Counted from the first letter of the stretch, positions 30,465 through 40,455 are shown. The stretch is 64,000 nt of DNA from Candidatus Woesearchaeota archaeon (GCA_016180135.1 JACPBV010000015.1:2007-66006), one strand, 5' to 3'. Made by a program: numbers and translations. Notes: generated by a model from the sequence alone, not told the origin.

Positions 30465-30815
30465 TCACCCCCCAATCCCTATCAGAGAAACCCCGAGGAT
30501 TATCACGGCAATCCCTGCCCACTTCATCGCATTCATCTTCTCTTTCAGGATTATCACCGACCACAGGGAGACCCATATATAAGTCGTTGACACCAGAGGA
30601 TACAGCACCGAAAGCTCACCGCCTTTCAGCGCAGGGATGAAGAACGCTGTCCCGGCGCCATAGAGGAACACGCCGAAAAGCAGGTGGAAATTCCTGAATA
30701 TCCCAGACAAGCTCAGGCCTGCCGACGCTGATCCTTTCTTCAGAAAGATTGGGCCGAAAGACCCGATGAGGCAGCCAAGAAGCACCATCCCGACAGCCCA
30801 GAGCTCAGCCGCCAT
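30465..30815 (-). CDS. EamA/SMR-like (DMT) small membrane transporter subunit
   Basis: 4 TM; GELSVLYP, LKEK. Confidence 0.85.
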   Translation of the reverse strand: MAAELWAVGMVLLGCLIGSFGPIFLKKGSASAGLSLSGIFRNFHLLFGVFLYGAGTAFFIPALKGGELSVLYPLVSTTYIWVSLWSVIILKEKMNAMKWAGIAVIILGVSLIGIGG

Positions 30816-31216
30816 CAGAGCACACCCATCTTTTCAACAGGCTGGCTGCCGTGATCCGACCCGAGCCCGATAAGGATAATCCCGAGGATAATAGTAGCGA
30901 TTCCCGCCCAGCGCAGGAGCGAAAGCTCTTCTCCCAAAAAAGCCATAGATAGGATGCTGACCCAGACATAGCTCGCTGCGATGATGGGATACAAAACAGT
31001 GACTTCCCCGAGCTTGAATGCGCTGACCATCAGCACTGCCCCGATGCCATACAGCAGAAGCCCAAAGAGGATGGGAAAATTTGTTATCAAAGAATAGGCA
31101 TCAAAGCTTAGCTCTTTCACCCCTATTTTATAGAGCATCTGCGCAGCAGAAGTCAGCAATGTCGTCGTAAACATCAGCGCAACTGCCAGAGTTTTCTTTT
31201 CCATCTTCTCCTGCAT
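30815..31216 (-). CDS. EamA/SMR-like (DMT) small membrane transporter subunit
   Basis: 4 TM; GEVTVLYP, LGEE; paralog of the adjacent gene (ArnE/ArnF-like pair). Confidence 0.85.
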   Translation of the reverse strand: MQEKMEKKTLAVALMFTTTLLTSAAQMLYKIGVKELSFDAYSLITNFPILFGLLLYGIGAVLMVSAFKLGEVTVLYPIIAASYVWVSILSMAFLGEELSLLRWAGIATIILGIILIGLGSDHGSQPVEKMGVL

Positions 31217-31234
31217 TTCGCGGTCTTAAGGCAA

Positions 31235-32959
31235 TCAATCCTTCAGCAGCACTTCGATAATCTTTGCAAAAGCCGGCCTGGTGATAAAGACTCCGATGGT
31301 GACACCGATGATGGTTGTCAGCGCAAAACCCTTGAGCAGCCCTGCTCCTGCAAAAAGCAAAGGCGCCATCGCCGCAGTTGTAGTCAGGTAAGCCCCCATG
31401 ATAATAAAAAATGCGCCCTGGACGCGCTCTTTCCAGTTGAAGATTCTCTTCACCTCTCCCCTCAAAGTTTCGTCAGAAATAACAATCTGGTGGTCGACTC
31501 CGGTCCCTATCGCGATGATGATTCCTGCTATCGCTGCTAGGTCAAGGTTCCAGCCTATCAGCGACGCGACGCCCAGAAGGATGACAAGCTCAGACAGAGA
31601 GGTAATCACAATAGGGATGGCAACCTGAAGCTTCCGGTATCTGAGGAGGATAAGCAGAGAAACTGCAGCAAGCGCCAAAAGCCCTGAGAACATCGCATTG
31701 TTCAGGAACTCCTTCCCCAGCAGCGGTGAGATGGTGTCTATCTTGACAATATTGAGCTTGTAGGGCAATGACCCTGTGATGAGAATGGTCTGCAGCCGCT
31801 TCATGCTCTGCAGGGAATTGATCGCAGCTTCCTGCTGGGAAATGCCTGCTCCTGATCCTGTGATCTGGATGTTTGTTTCGGCAGACCCCTTGAGCTCTGC
31901 CCCGATCCTGAGAAGGTCAACTTCTTTGTCATCGAGAAAAAGCGCGATGCTTTCGTTGAGATATTGGCTTCTCCCTTCAGACACAACCGAGAGCTTGTCC
32001 GTCACTGAAGCCTGCATCCTCGCAGCTTCCGGCGACAGGATGATGGAGAACCTGAACCTGCAGAACCATTCCTTTCCCGAAGCCTGGCAGCCAACATTGG
32101 GGTCTAAGCCTGCGCAGTCAGGCGTCCTGCAGACAAAGGTGATATCATCCCCGCCGCGAAAAACAGTTGAGTTTCCTACCTTTGCTTCAAACTTTCCCTG
32201 CTTGGCGATGAGCTCTTTGACTTCCTCCTGGGTGGCTCCTGCGATCTCAGCAACAACATACTGGTTCCCCTCAAGGTCCGATGCCTCTCTGATGATCAGG
32301 TCGCTGAGACCGTAGACATTCAGCCTCTCGCTCATCACCGCAATGATGTTCTCAAGCTCATTTTTTGAGATTTTCTTTTCCGGCTGAAGCAATACCCTTG
32401 TCCCCCCTTCGAGGTCAAGCCCTTTCCTAAGGTTGCTTTTCGGCGCCTGATAGACTCTCAGCCCGAGGTCCTCGATGCCTTCACTTATCTCAAGAGTCTT
32501 GGGAACTTCAACCCTTGAAGAGAATGTCTTATTGACGGAAACAAGCGTGCCGTTCCTCGTCTCATTGATTTCCCTCACACCCTCAATAGTGCGCCATTCA
32601 GTCTCATTCAGGACCGTTGTCCGTATTTTCTCCTTGGGCTTTAGATAATACGTTTGTTTGTTTGTTGCGACCTGCACGGTCGAATTCAGCCTGAGTTTTG
32701 AGATTGCTGCATCAAAACTGTCGATATCAATAACCTCCCGGCTGTTGATTGCAGTGATGACCTCCCGGGACATCGGCGGAAGATTCGGCTTTGGGCTCTG
32801 GATGCCTGCAAGATTCGCTGATGAATTTGCGATGACGCTCCTGATAGCAACGCCTTCCCTGACAGGGTTCGGGCGGATAGCGATGAGGGAGAGCACTATC
32901 GCTATAAGGAAGATGATGACCCTGAAGTTGGTGAATATTTTTTTTGCTTTAGGATGCAT
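31235..32959 (-). CDS. secD: Protein translocase subunit SecD
   Basis: GLDLEGG, RLNVYGLSD, GSLP, AIGTGVDHQIVI, LKGFALTTIIG; start likely ATG 32959. Confidence 0.93.
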   Translation of the reverse strand: MHPKAKKIFTNFRVIIFLIAIVLSLIAIRPNPVREGVAIRSVIANSSANLAGIQSPKPNLPPMSREVITAINSREVIDIDSFDAAISKLRLNSTVQVATNKQTYYLKPKEKIRTTVLNETEWRTIEGVREINETRNGTLVSVNKTFSSRVEVPKTLEISEGIEDLGLRVYQAPKSNLRKGLDLEGGTRVLLQPEKKISKNELENIIAVMSERLNVYGLSDLIIREASDLEGNQYVVAEIAGATQEEVKELIAKQGKFEAKVGNSTVFRGGDDITFVCRTPDCAGLDPNVGCQASGKEWFCRFRFSIILSPEAARMQASVTDKLSVVSEGRSQYLNESIALFLDDKEVDLLRIGAELKGSAETNIQITGSGAGISQQEAAINSLQSMKRLQTILITGSLPYKLNIVKIDTISPLLGKEFLNNAMFSGLLALAAVSLLILLRYRKLQVAIPIVITSLSELVILLGVASLIGWNLDLAAIAGIIIAIGTGVDHQIVISDETLRGEVKRIFNWKERVQGAFFIIMGAYLTTTAAMAPLLFAGAGLLKGFALTTIIGVTIGVFITRPAFAKIIEVLLKD

Positions 32960-34166
32960 AGTGATGCGCCTTCCTTTCCTTCCCTTCAGCATAGGACCTG
33001 ATGATCCCGACATTCTGTATCCAGGTAAAGACCGAATCAACAATCATTCCGATAAAGATTATCATGAAAATCTGCTTCATTGCCACAGACTCGGCAAAAA
33101 TAAGCCCGACAAAGACAGCTGTCATGGTTGTCAGCGTCATCATCATCCCAGTCTTTACAGCTCCCCATGTGCGGTCAAAGATAGTTCCCCCTTTCATCTT
33201 GAGGACCCTGGTGTTGAGGAGCATGTCCGTATCGACGCTGTAGCCGGTGAGCATAAGGAACGCTGCGATCCCCGCAGTCGTGAGCTTCATTCCCATAAGG
33301 TTGACGATTGCAAGCGTGACGATGATGTCTGAAAATGCCGCGAGGATGACGGTGATGCCCGGGATGAATGCCCTAAAATATGCAAATACCACAAGGCTCA
33401 TCAGCAGGAACGCGATCCCCAAAGAGACAATTAGCTGCCTGAAGAATGCTGTGCCCAGCGCTGAACCCACAATCTCGACGCTGTAGTCCTCTCCGGCTAA
33501 AGGATAGCCTAAAAATTTTTCAAGGGCAGACAGGAAGCTGTCCATTATTTCTTTGTTAGTCCCGTCAATGTCTGCAACAATCACGACAGCAGACCGCATA
33601 TCCCCGCTGCGCAAGGTATTTGCCCCGGCATCATTCTGCGGAAATGCCTGCCGCAGCGCGGTTTCCAGCGCCCTGAGATCGATGGGCTGCTTGGGAAACA
33701 GTGTCAGGGTGACTCCACCCTTTAAAGAAACATCCTTGTAGAGAAATTCTCCTGTAGCCGCATACTGGTAGCCGATAAGCCCCAATGCGATCAGCGTGAT
33801 GATGATGGGGATTGCCAGCAGTTTTTTGTATTGCTTGTCGTAGAAATCCAGCAGCCGGGCCTTCAGGGTTTTTGTTGGAGAGAAAGATTCAGTGAGGGTT
33901 TCAACAGCCTTTGATTTTTTATGGGCAGCAGATTCCTGTATAGTCTCCTTTTTTTCTGCAGGATGCTTTTCATGCTCCGGTGTTTCCTGATTTTCAGCCG
34001 CACTTCTGCCGATTAACGCAGGCTCGTCATTCCCTTCGCCCTGAAGTTCAGTCGCTGCCTGCTGATTGCCCTCAAGTTCGCTCCCTTCTTCCTGGATGTT
34101 AGAGGTTTCGTTCCCTTCGCCCATTTGGCCATCTTCTTGAGTTTGATTTTTCTGATGCTCTTCCAC
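32949..34166 (-). CDS. secF: Protein translocase subunit SecF with acidic N-terminal extension
   Basis: DVSLKGG, VGSALG, GYSVDTDMLL, TWIQN. Confidence 0.93.
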   Translation of the reverse strand: MEEHQKNQTQEDGQMGEGNETSNIQEEGSELEGNQQAATELQGEGNDEPALIGRSAAENQETPEHEKHPAEKKETIQESAAHKKSKAVETLTESFSPTKTLKARLLDFYDKQYKKLLAIPIIITLIALGLIGYQYAATGEFLYKDVSLKGGVTLTLFPKQPIDLRALETALRQAFPQNDAGANTLRSGDMRSAVVIVADIDGTNKEIMDSFLSALEKFLGYPLAGEDYSVEIVGSALGTAFFRQLIVSLGIAFLLMSLVVFAYFRAFIPGITVILAAFSDIIVTLAIVNLMGMKLTTAGIAAFLMLTGYSVDTDMLLNTRVLKMKGGTIFDRTWGAVKTGMMMTLTTMTAVFVGLIFAESVAMKQIFMIIFIGMIVDSVFTWIQNVGIIRSYAEGKERKAHHYAS

Positions 34167-34370
34167 TATTCTTCCCCCTTCGTAATATATCCTCCAAACC
34201 CCCTAATCTTATCCATCCCATTAATAATACAATCTGCCGATGAGAAGAAAAAAGGGCGGTTAATAAAGGTTACTGATTTAAGTTTACGGGGGAAGGAAGG
34301 AATGCCGGATATGCCTGACATGCCGGATTTCGGATTTTGCCTAAGGGCATTGGATTTGCTCTCGCCCCTT

Positions 34371-34620
34371 AACTCCTCAACGCTCTTAACTTCATCAAGC
34401 GTCAATTCATCCAACTCTTAGGCTGGCTGGCCGATCTCTTTTTCAAGCTCCTTCTTCCAGATTCTTTTTCGGGCTTCTTTTTACAGTTTATTTTTCCAGT
34501 TTCTTTATCAAGATTCCTTTTAGAGTTTCATTTTCAGGCTTCTTTTCAGAGTTTCTTTAATTTTGCCTGCTTGTCAGGATTGTCTAAGTAATCATCATCT
34601 AAATTGATGGAGTGGATTTG
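34371..34620 (-). repeat. Degenerate copy C of R-M-enzyme C-terminal tail repeat
   Basis: Encodes QIHSINLDDDYLDNPDKQAKLKKL...KELEKEIGQPA*ELDELTLDEVKSVEE; 22-bp identity (34561-34582) with 36697-36718. Confidence 0.7.
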
Positions 34621-34621
34621 G

Positions 34622-35485
34622 CTATTTGGTTTTTTTATCATTTGTCTCTTTTCCTATTTTTTTTTTCTTGGTTAAATCCAGGTGATTTTCAGGAGAAACG
34701 ACTTTAATTCCGAATGTTTTTTCTGCATCCTGTCGGGCTCTTCCGGCAACTGTGCCTCCTTCGTTGGCTGCTTCTAATCCTTCTGTAAAACCGCTAACAT
34801 CTTTTTTACGTGTCGCTTCGGTAGTAAGCCGTTCTCCTAACATAGAAAAGATAAGCTCTAAGTCAGTCATATGGTCCCGAAGATTCTGATTTTTGAATTT
34901 TGGATCAAGTCTTTTTATCTCTTTATGCGCTTTAATAGGCACTCCAAAAGTAGCCTGAGAAATTTCATTGGTGAGGATAGAGTATTCACTTTTTTCTTTA
35001 ATCCCTCTTTTCTTCCATTCTTCCGTTAATTCCTGCCTGATGGCGATTCCCCTTAACCGTTTATCAATCCAATCCTTAGGATACCCTTTGAGTTCATAGT
35101 ATTCTTTAGCTCTATCCTGCGCTAATTCGGGATTTTCAATCTCTTGAATGCGTTCATAACCAACTTGTGCCAGCCAGCGCTTGAATGGCTCGGCTTTCTT
35201 GGAGGGAATTGATTGAATGATGCGAAATAATGCTTCTGTATTGGCACAGTCTGTTTCCCTCATTTTGCCATCTTCTGCTGTTAATTTCAATTGTACACAA
35301 ATTGTGTGCAGTTCAATTCCATTATCAGCCTCTCTTGCTTTAAGCATATTCCAATAGTTTCTAGAATTATCGCTATCCGTTAATACGCCAATAACATCTA
35401 TAACCGAAAAAAACCATTCTTCATTATGCCAGATTCTACGAATATTCTTTCCTTCAAAGACGACTAAAGCGTTTTCTGGATTCAT
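34622..35485 (-). CDS. Bro-N domain protein (phage antirepressor-like)
   Basis: FEGKNIRRIW..EEWFFSVIDVI, RIIQSIPSKKAEPFKRWL, NLRDHMTDLELIF; AT-rich. Confidence 0.88.
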   Translation of the reverse strand: MNPENALVVFEGKNIRRIWHNEEWFFSVIDVIGVLTDSDNSRNYWNMLKAREADNGIELHTICVQLKLTAEDGKMRETDCANTEALFRIIQSIPSKKAEPFKRWLAQVGYERIQEIENPELAQDRAKEYYELKGYPKDWIDKRLRGIAIRQELTEEWKKRGIKEKSEYSILTNEISQATFGVPIKAHKEIKRLDPKFKNQNLRDHMTDLELIFSMLGERLTTEATRKKDVSGFTEGLEAANEGGTVAGRARQDAEKTFGIKVVSPENHLDLTKKKKIGKETNDKKTK

Positions 35486-35487
35486 TT

Positions 35488-35569
35488 TCAGTTAAACCCC
35501 TCAACAATCTTAATCTCTTCTGGCGTTAAATCATGCAGCTTATAGACTAACTGGCCAATCTCTTTCTTT
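35488..35569 (-). repeat. Copy B of R-M tail repeat
   Basis: Encodes KKEIGQLVYKLHDLTPEEIKIVEGFN*; 52/57 nt identical (35494-35550) to 36610-36666. Confidence 0.8.
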
Positions 35570-36604
35570 ATTTTCCTTATTTTTGCTCATATCCAATAAA
35601 TTTCTTGATTTCAGCATTAATTTATCAAAATCAGATTCAAATAATCTATCTTGGACTATTCTATATTTCTCAAATTCACTTTCTGCAAATTCTTTTGCGA
35701 TTCTCATTGTTATTTTACCAGCATTTTTTAATATTTCTCTCTCATCAAATTCTAAGAACAAATCAAGCCTTTTTGACCAATCTTCTATAGTCATAGGTAT
35801 TCTTCTCTTTGCTCTTTCTTCTGCTAAATCAAGATATGCGCTTACTATTCTCCCTAATGATTCCAGCTCTTCTTTTGTTAAGTAGTTTTTAGCAATAGAC
35901 ACATCTGTCTTTATTATTTTGCCTTCAGGAGAATTTTTCCATGATGTTAAACCCATATGCTCTCTTTTGCTATTTGCTCTTTTCATGATCAATTCAGGGG
36001 CTGTGTGCCTATGAATTGCATAATGAAGCTTGTTTTGAACTTTTGCGAAGAATTCTTTTGTCGCTTCCGCGTTTTTATCGTAATCTAAGCTTGTTGCATA
36101 AATATCGGTTATTTTTTGGTAGAAATTTCTTTCACTTAATCGTATTTCCCTGATTTCAGCTAAAAGCTCGTCAAAATAATTCTGATTAAGGAAATTTCCG
36201 TTTTCTAATCGTTTTTTGTCTAAAACATATCCTTTTATTGCAAATTGCTTTAAGACTTTAGTTGCCCATATTCTAAACTGTGTTGCTCTTTGTGAATTTA
36301 CCCTATATCCAACAGATATTATCGCATCAAGGTTGTAGAATTTTGTAGCGTACTCTTTCCCATCAGAGGCAGTATGTCGGAAATCCCGACAAGCTGATTT
36401 TTCATCAAGTTCTCCTGTTTTAAATATCTCATTTAGATGCTCGGTTATTGTGCTTCTTCCTTTATCAAATAATTTGGCAATCATTTGTTGAGTAAGCCAA
36501 ACATTTTCGTCTGCATACTTTACTTCAATAGATTCTTCTCCTGCCTGCGCAGTAAATATCAAGAATTCAGCAGTGCTGTTCCTGATTGCTAAATCTTTTT
36601 TCAT
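35540..36604 (-). CDS. Virulence RhuM family protein
   Basis: VWLTQQMIAKLF, YNLDAIISVGYRVNSQRATQFRIWAT, IREIRLSERNFYQKITDIYA, AKNYL; AT-rich. Confidence 0.92.
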   Translation of the reverse strand: MKKDLAIRNSTAEFLIFTAQAGEESIEVKYADENVWLTQQMIAKLFDKGRSTITEHLNEIFKTGELDEKSACRDFRHTASDGKEYATKFYNLDAIISVGYRVNSQRATQFRIWATKVLKQFAIKGYVLDKKRLENGNFLNQNYFDELLAEIREIRLSERNFYQKITDIYATSLDYDKNAEATKEFFAKVQNKLHYAIHRHTAPELIMKRANSKREHMGLTSWKNSPEGKIIKTDVSIAKNYLTKEELESLGRIVSAYLDLAEERAKRRIPMTIEDWSKRLDLFLEFDEREILKNAGKITMRIAKEFAESEFEKYRIVQDRLFESDFDKLMLKSRNLLDMSKNKENKERDWPVSL

Positions 36605-36765
36605 TTTCCAAACTCCTCAACAATCTTAATCTCTTCGGGCGTTAATTCATACAGTTTATAGACTAAAATATCTATCTCTTTTTCCAACTTCTTGACTTTT
36701 GCCTGCTTGTCAGGATTGCCTGATGGATCATCGCCCAAAGTGATGGGAAGAATTTGACCGGCGAT
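36601..36765 (-). repeat. Copy A of R-M tail repeat (orphan gene fragment)
   Basis: Encodes QILPITLGDDPSGNPDKQAKVKKLEKEIDILVYKLYELTPEEIKIVEEFGK*; its TGA overlaps the RhuM ATG. Confidence 0.8.
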
Positions 36766-36793
36766 TTGGGCTAATCCACTTCCGCCGCCGCCT

Positions 36794-38461
36794 TCATTTC
36801 ATCCCCGCCCGTATCAGCCCCAAAAACAGCGGCGCAGGATCTTCAAGATTTGATTTGAACTCAGGATGCGATTGGGTGCCGACAAAGTATTTGTGCTTCG
36901 GCAGCTCCATAAATTCCATCAGCTTTGTGCCGTCTGAGCGCAGATGGAAGCCGGAAAACACAAAGCCCCCTTTCTCCAGCCTCTCGATAAAAAGAGGATT
37001 GACCTCATACCGGTGCCGGTGCCTTTCGACAACAATAATATCTTTCGGGCCGAATTCACCAAGCCTGAAAGCCTGCTGCCTGTCTTTCCTCAGCTCTTTC
37101 ACCCTGTCAGCATCTCTCTCGATGCGCTTTTCCTTATACAGCTTCTGGATGACTGAGCCTTCCTGAAGCGCAGCTGCATACGCCCCTAATCTCATCGTCC
37201 CCCCGAGCTGGCTCTGCTCAAGAATTTTTTTCTGGCTTTCAAGGATGGTGATGACCGGATGCTCCGTCTTGGGATCAATTTCAGTCGTATTCGCATCACC
37301 CATCCCGCATACGTTTCTTGCATACTCGATGGTCGCAAGCTGCATGCCATAGCACAATCCCAGATAAGGGATGTCATGCTCACGGGCGTATTGGATTGCC
37401 TTTATCTTTCCTTCAACCCCTGAACTCCCGAATCCACCCGGAACGATGATGCCGTTGAACTGGGAAAGCTCCTTAAGCTCTTCGGGATGCTTCTCAAACC
37501 TCTTGGAATCAACCCAGGTAATCTTAAGCCTCACCCTGAGGTTTGCAGCGGAATGGGCCAATGCCTGATTGATGGACATATACGAATCGGCAAGGCTGTA
37601 ATCCCCGATATCAACATATTTCCCGACGATAGCGATGTTGACTTCTTTCTTCCCGTCAACCAATGCCTCCACCAGGACTTTCCAGCTCTTCCATTCAGGC
37701 TCCTTTTTCGCCTTGACCTTCAGCTCTTCAAGCAGCTTCTTTCCCAATCCCTCTTTTTCCAAATCAAGCGGAATCCTGTAGATAGTATCGATGTCGGGCT
37801 CCGAGATGATATTTTCCCTCCGGATATTTGCCATCATCTCTATCTTTTTCTTCCTCACGTCATCCAGCGGCTTTTTTGCCCGGCAGATGATGAAGTCCGG
37901 CCAGATGCCGTTTTCGCTCAGCAGCCTGATGGCCTGCTGCGTGGGCTTCGTCTTCATCTCCTCAATGTGGGAAGGGATGGGAAGATAGGTAATCAAAATA
38001 TAGGTGATGTTGTCTTTGCCAATCTCACGCTCCAGCGATTTCAGCGCAAAAAGATAAGCGATATTCTCAAAATCGCCGATAGTCCCGCCGACCTCGACAA
38101 GGCAGAAATCAAACCCTTCCGCAGCAGCCTTTATCCTCCTTTTGATCTCATCAGGCACATGGGGGATGAACTGGACCGTCTCGCCAAGGTATTTCCCGGC
38201 CCGCTCGTTGTCGATGATAGTCTTGTATATCTGGCCCGTGGTGATGTTGTTCCTTTTAGGGATGTCCGTGCAGAAGAACCTCTCATAATTCCCCAGGTCC
38301 TGGTCAATCTCCCCGCCATCGTCGGTAACCCAGACTTCGCCATGCTCAGTCGGCCTTAATGTGCCAGCATCATAGTTCATGTAAGGGTCAATCTTGACAG
38401 CAGTGACCGAAAAGCCGTATTCCTGAAGTATCTTGCCGACAGAAGCAGTCGTGACCCCTTT
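36794..38461 (-). CDS. pyrG: CTP synthase; first ~15-17 codons including the start codon are missing
   Basis: KGVTTASVG..KIDPYMN, HGEVWVTDDG, KTKPTQ, PGGFG, GLCYGMQ, ERHRHRYE, HPE; frame open to 38467, then in-frame TGA. Confidence 0.93.
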   Translation of the reverse strand, partial: KGVTTASVGKILQEYGFSVTAVKIDPYMNYDAGTLRPTEHGEVWVTDDGGEIDQDLGNYERFFCTDIPKRNNITTGQIYKTIIDNERAGKYLGETVQFIPHVPDEIKRRIKAAAEGFDFCLVEVGGTIGDFENIAYLFALKSLEREIGKDNITYILITYLPIPSHIEEMKTKPTQQAIRLLSENGIWPDFIICRAKKPLDDVRKKKIEMMANIRRENIISEPDIDTIYRIPLDLEKEGLGKKLLEELKVKAKKEPEWKSWKVLVEALVDGKKEVNIAIVGKYVDIGDYSLADSYMSINQALAHSAANLRVRLKITWVDSKRFEKHPEELKELSQFNGIIVPGGFGSSGVEGKIKAIQYAREHDIPYLGLCYGMQLATIEYARNVCGMGDANTTEIDPKTEHPVITILESQKKILEQSQLGGTMRLGAYAAALQEGSVIQKLYKEKRIERDADRVKELRKDRQQAFRLGEFGPKDIIVVERHRHRYEVNPLFIERLEKGGFVFSGFHLRSDGTKLMEFMELPKHKYFVGTQSHPEFKSNLEDPAPLFLGLIRAGMK

Positions 38462-38733
38462 GGAAACTCACCCCTGCAAAAACTCCAGAATATGTTGTTA
38501 ATAAATGTTTTGTTTCGCTGCATTACACTGAGAGTAGGGCGGAGTTTATAAGAGTATGGATTTCATTCTGGGTTTACAGCCCCACTCTTGATTTGTTCAA
38601 AAATACCCCATCGATTGTGATGATTAGGCCCCATAACCCTGATTTCGGTGGTAGAAAATATGTGTGTGGGAACCATTAAATATCCACCGTATATTCCAAC
38701 AGCAAATTCAATATTCCGGGGGGTTGATATTTA

Positions 38734-39453
38734 ATGATTGAAGAAGCCAAATCTTTTTTCGGAAATGGGGCAGTGAAAGACTCGGAGGGAGGCCTGCCCA
38801 GGCATATTGCTGTTGTGACAAAAGGAAAGCATGAATTTGCCGCAAAAAACAGCCTCGGCCTTGAAGGCATCTACCAGCACAGCTGCAGTCTTATAGATAC
38901 TATCGCCCAGGCTGCGTTTGCCGTTAAGATTCCCGTCATAACTTTTTATCTTCTGTCCGACAAGCGCGACAATCTCGATTTTGAGGTTGTCATTGGCGCT
39001 CTCACTGCATACTTCAGGCTCCTGTCAGATGCAGGATTCATCCACGAGCAGCGCATCAAGATCACCGTCATAGGAAAATGGTATGACCTTCCGGAGCGCA
39101 TGGTTGAGGCAGTCAAGCTGTGCCTTGAGAAGACAAAAGACTACACAGGATTTTGCCTGAATTTCTGCCTTAACTACAACGGCCGGAGCGAGATTGTGGA
39201 TGCGGTCAACCTCCTCCTGCTCCAGGCAAAAGCCCAGAAGGTTGAGACAGTGACAAAAGAGCTCATCAAGGAAAATATCTATTCATCTAGCTTCCCGCCG
39301 CCGGACCTGTTCATCATCAGCGGCCCAAAAGTGATTTCAGACCTCCTGCTCTGGGACGCCCCAAGCGCAAAAATTTATTTCTCAGGAAGGCTCTGGCCCG
39401 AGTTCAGGAAAGAAGATTTGATGCTTGCTCTTGCCTCTTTCCAGCAGAGATAG
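38734..39453 (+). CDS. Cis-prenyltransferase (UppS)-like protein lacking the catalytic DGNRR motif
   Basis: PRHIAV, LNFCLNYNGRSEIVDA, PPPDL, LWPEF; DGNRRWA replaced by KGKHEFA. Confidence 0.8.
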   Translation: MIEEAKSFFGNGAVKDSEGGLPRHIAVVTKGKHEFAAKNSLGLEGIYQHSCSLIDTIAQAAFAVKIPVITFYLLSDKRDNLDFEVVIGALTAYFRLLSDAGFIHEQRIKITVIGKWYDLPERMVEAVKLCLEKTKDYTGFCLNFCLNYNGRSEIVDAVNLLLLQAKAQKVETVTKELIKENIYSSSFPPPDLFIISGPKVISDLLLWDAPSAKIYFSGRLWPEFRKEDLMLALASFQQR

Positions 39454-39784
39454 GTGAAACTCTCCAGATGTTAAAGGTTCAAAGGAATCTAAAATTACAA
39501 GTTCAAGGTGCAAAAGGGCCAAAACAACAAGTTTTTTAAATAAACCCATTCTTCTTAACCTCACCAATGACAGAATGATCCAATGCCAAAAATAAAGCGT
39601 TGGTGACAGAGGTATATGTTTCTGGAAGACGGCCTCTCAAAGAAAAGGATTGGATTTTCATTTGAAAAGATAAATGTTCAGGTGAAAAAGATAGATATTC
39701 CGGCGAAATAAAGAAAAGAAGTGAAATATCGTAGAAAAGAAGTGAGAAGCAGGATAAGCGATTTGAGCATCAAAGGTGAACACC

Positions 39785-40123
39785 ATGGCGAATGAAAAAG
39801 GCAGTGAAGATAGAGTCTTTGAAGTCATCGAAATAGCAAAGGCGACAGGCAAATTGAGGAAAGGAACAAATGAAGTCACGAAGGCCATCGAGAAGGGCGA
39901 GGCAAAGCTTGTCGTCGGGGCAAAAGATGTCTCTCCTCCTGAGATTGTCATGCATCTCCCGCTGTTATGCCAGGAAAAGAACATTCCTTACATCCAGGTA
40001 GCATCCAAGGAAGAGCTTGGCGCAGCCGCAGGGATTGACAAGCCGGCATCTGCTGTCGCTGTTGTCAGGGAAGGCGAGGCAAAAGAGCTTCTGAAGGAGG
40101 TCATCGCCGGCATCGGCAAGTGA
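39785..40123 (+). CDS. rpl7ae: 50S ribosomal protein L7Ae
   Basis: [39 protein letters not shown]. Confidence 0.95.
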   Translation: MANEKGSEDRVFEVIEIAKATGKLRKGTNEVTKAIEKGEAKLVVGAKDVSPPEIVMHLPLLCQEKNIPYIQVASKEELGAAAGIDKPASAVAVVREGEAKELLKEVIAGIGK

Positions 40124-40128
40124 TCGGT

Positions 40129-40455
40129 ATGGCAGAAAAACCCCAGCAGAAACCGCAGGCCCCTGTTGCAGACGAGCGCAGGAAGCCAAAGCGGGGCGGA
40201 AAGGAAGAAGAGGTGAAGAAAGGCACTGCCTCATTCACAAGAGCCTTCCAGGCAAGTGTCGAAGAAGTGATGGGCAGGACCGGCACCAGGGGAGAAGCCA
40301 TCCAGGTGAGATGCAAAGTCCTCGAAGGCCGTGACCAGAGCAAAGTCCTCAAGAGAAATGTCAAGGGGCCGGTGCAGGTCGGCGACATCCTTATGCTCAG
40401 AGAGACCGAGATTGAAGCAAGAGAATTGAGCAAGGTCGGAAGGGCAGGTGGCTGA
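40129..40455 (+). CDS. rps28e: 30S ribosomal protein S28e with charged N-terminal extension
   Basis: [42 protein letters not shown]. Confidence 0.95.
   Translation: MAEKPQQKPQAPVADERRKPKRGGKEEEVKKGTASFTRAFQASVEEVMGRTGTRGEAIQVRCKVLEGRDQSKVLKRNVKGPVQVGDILMLRETEIEARELSKVGRAGG

Noticed and set aside
34166-34414. 82-aa ORF MDELTLDEVKSVEE...
   Set aside because: Begins inside the decayed R-M tail repeat; treated as a fragment rather than a gene
34622-36604. Prophage call from Bro-N/RhuM
   Set aside because: No structural, replication or integrase genes nearby
37487-38359. 290-aa plus-strand ORF
   Set aside because: Antisense shadow of pyrG
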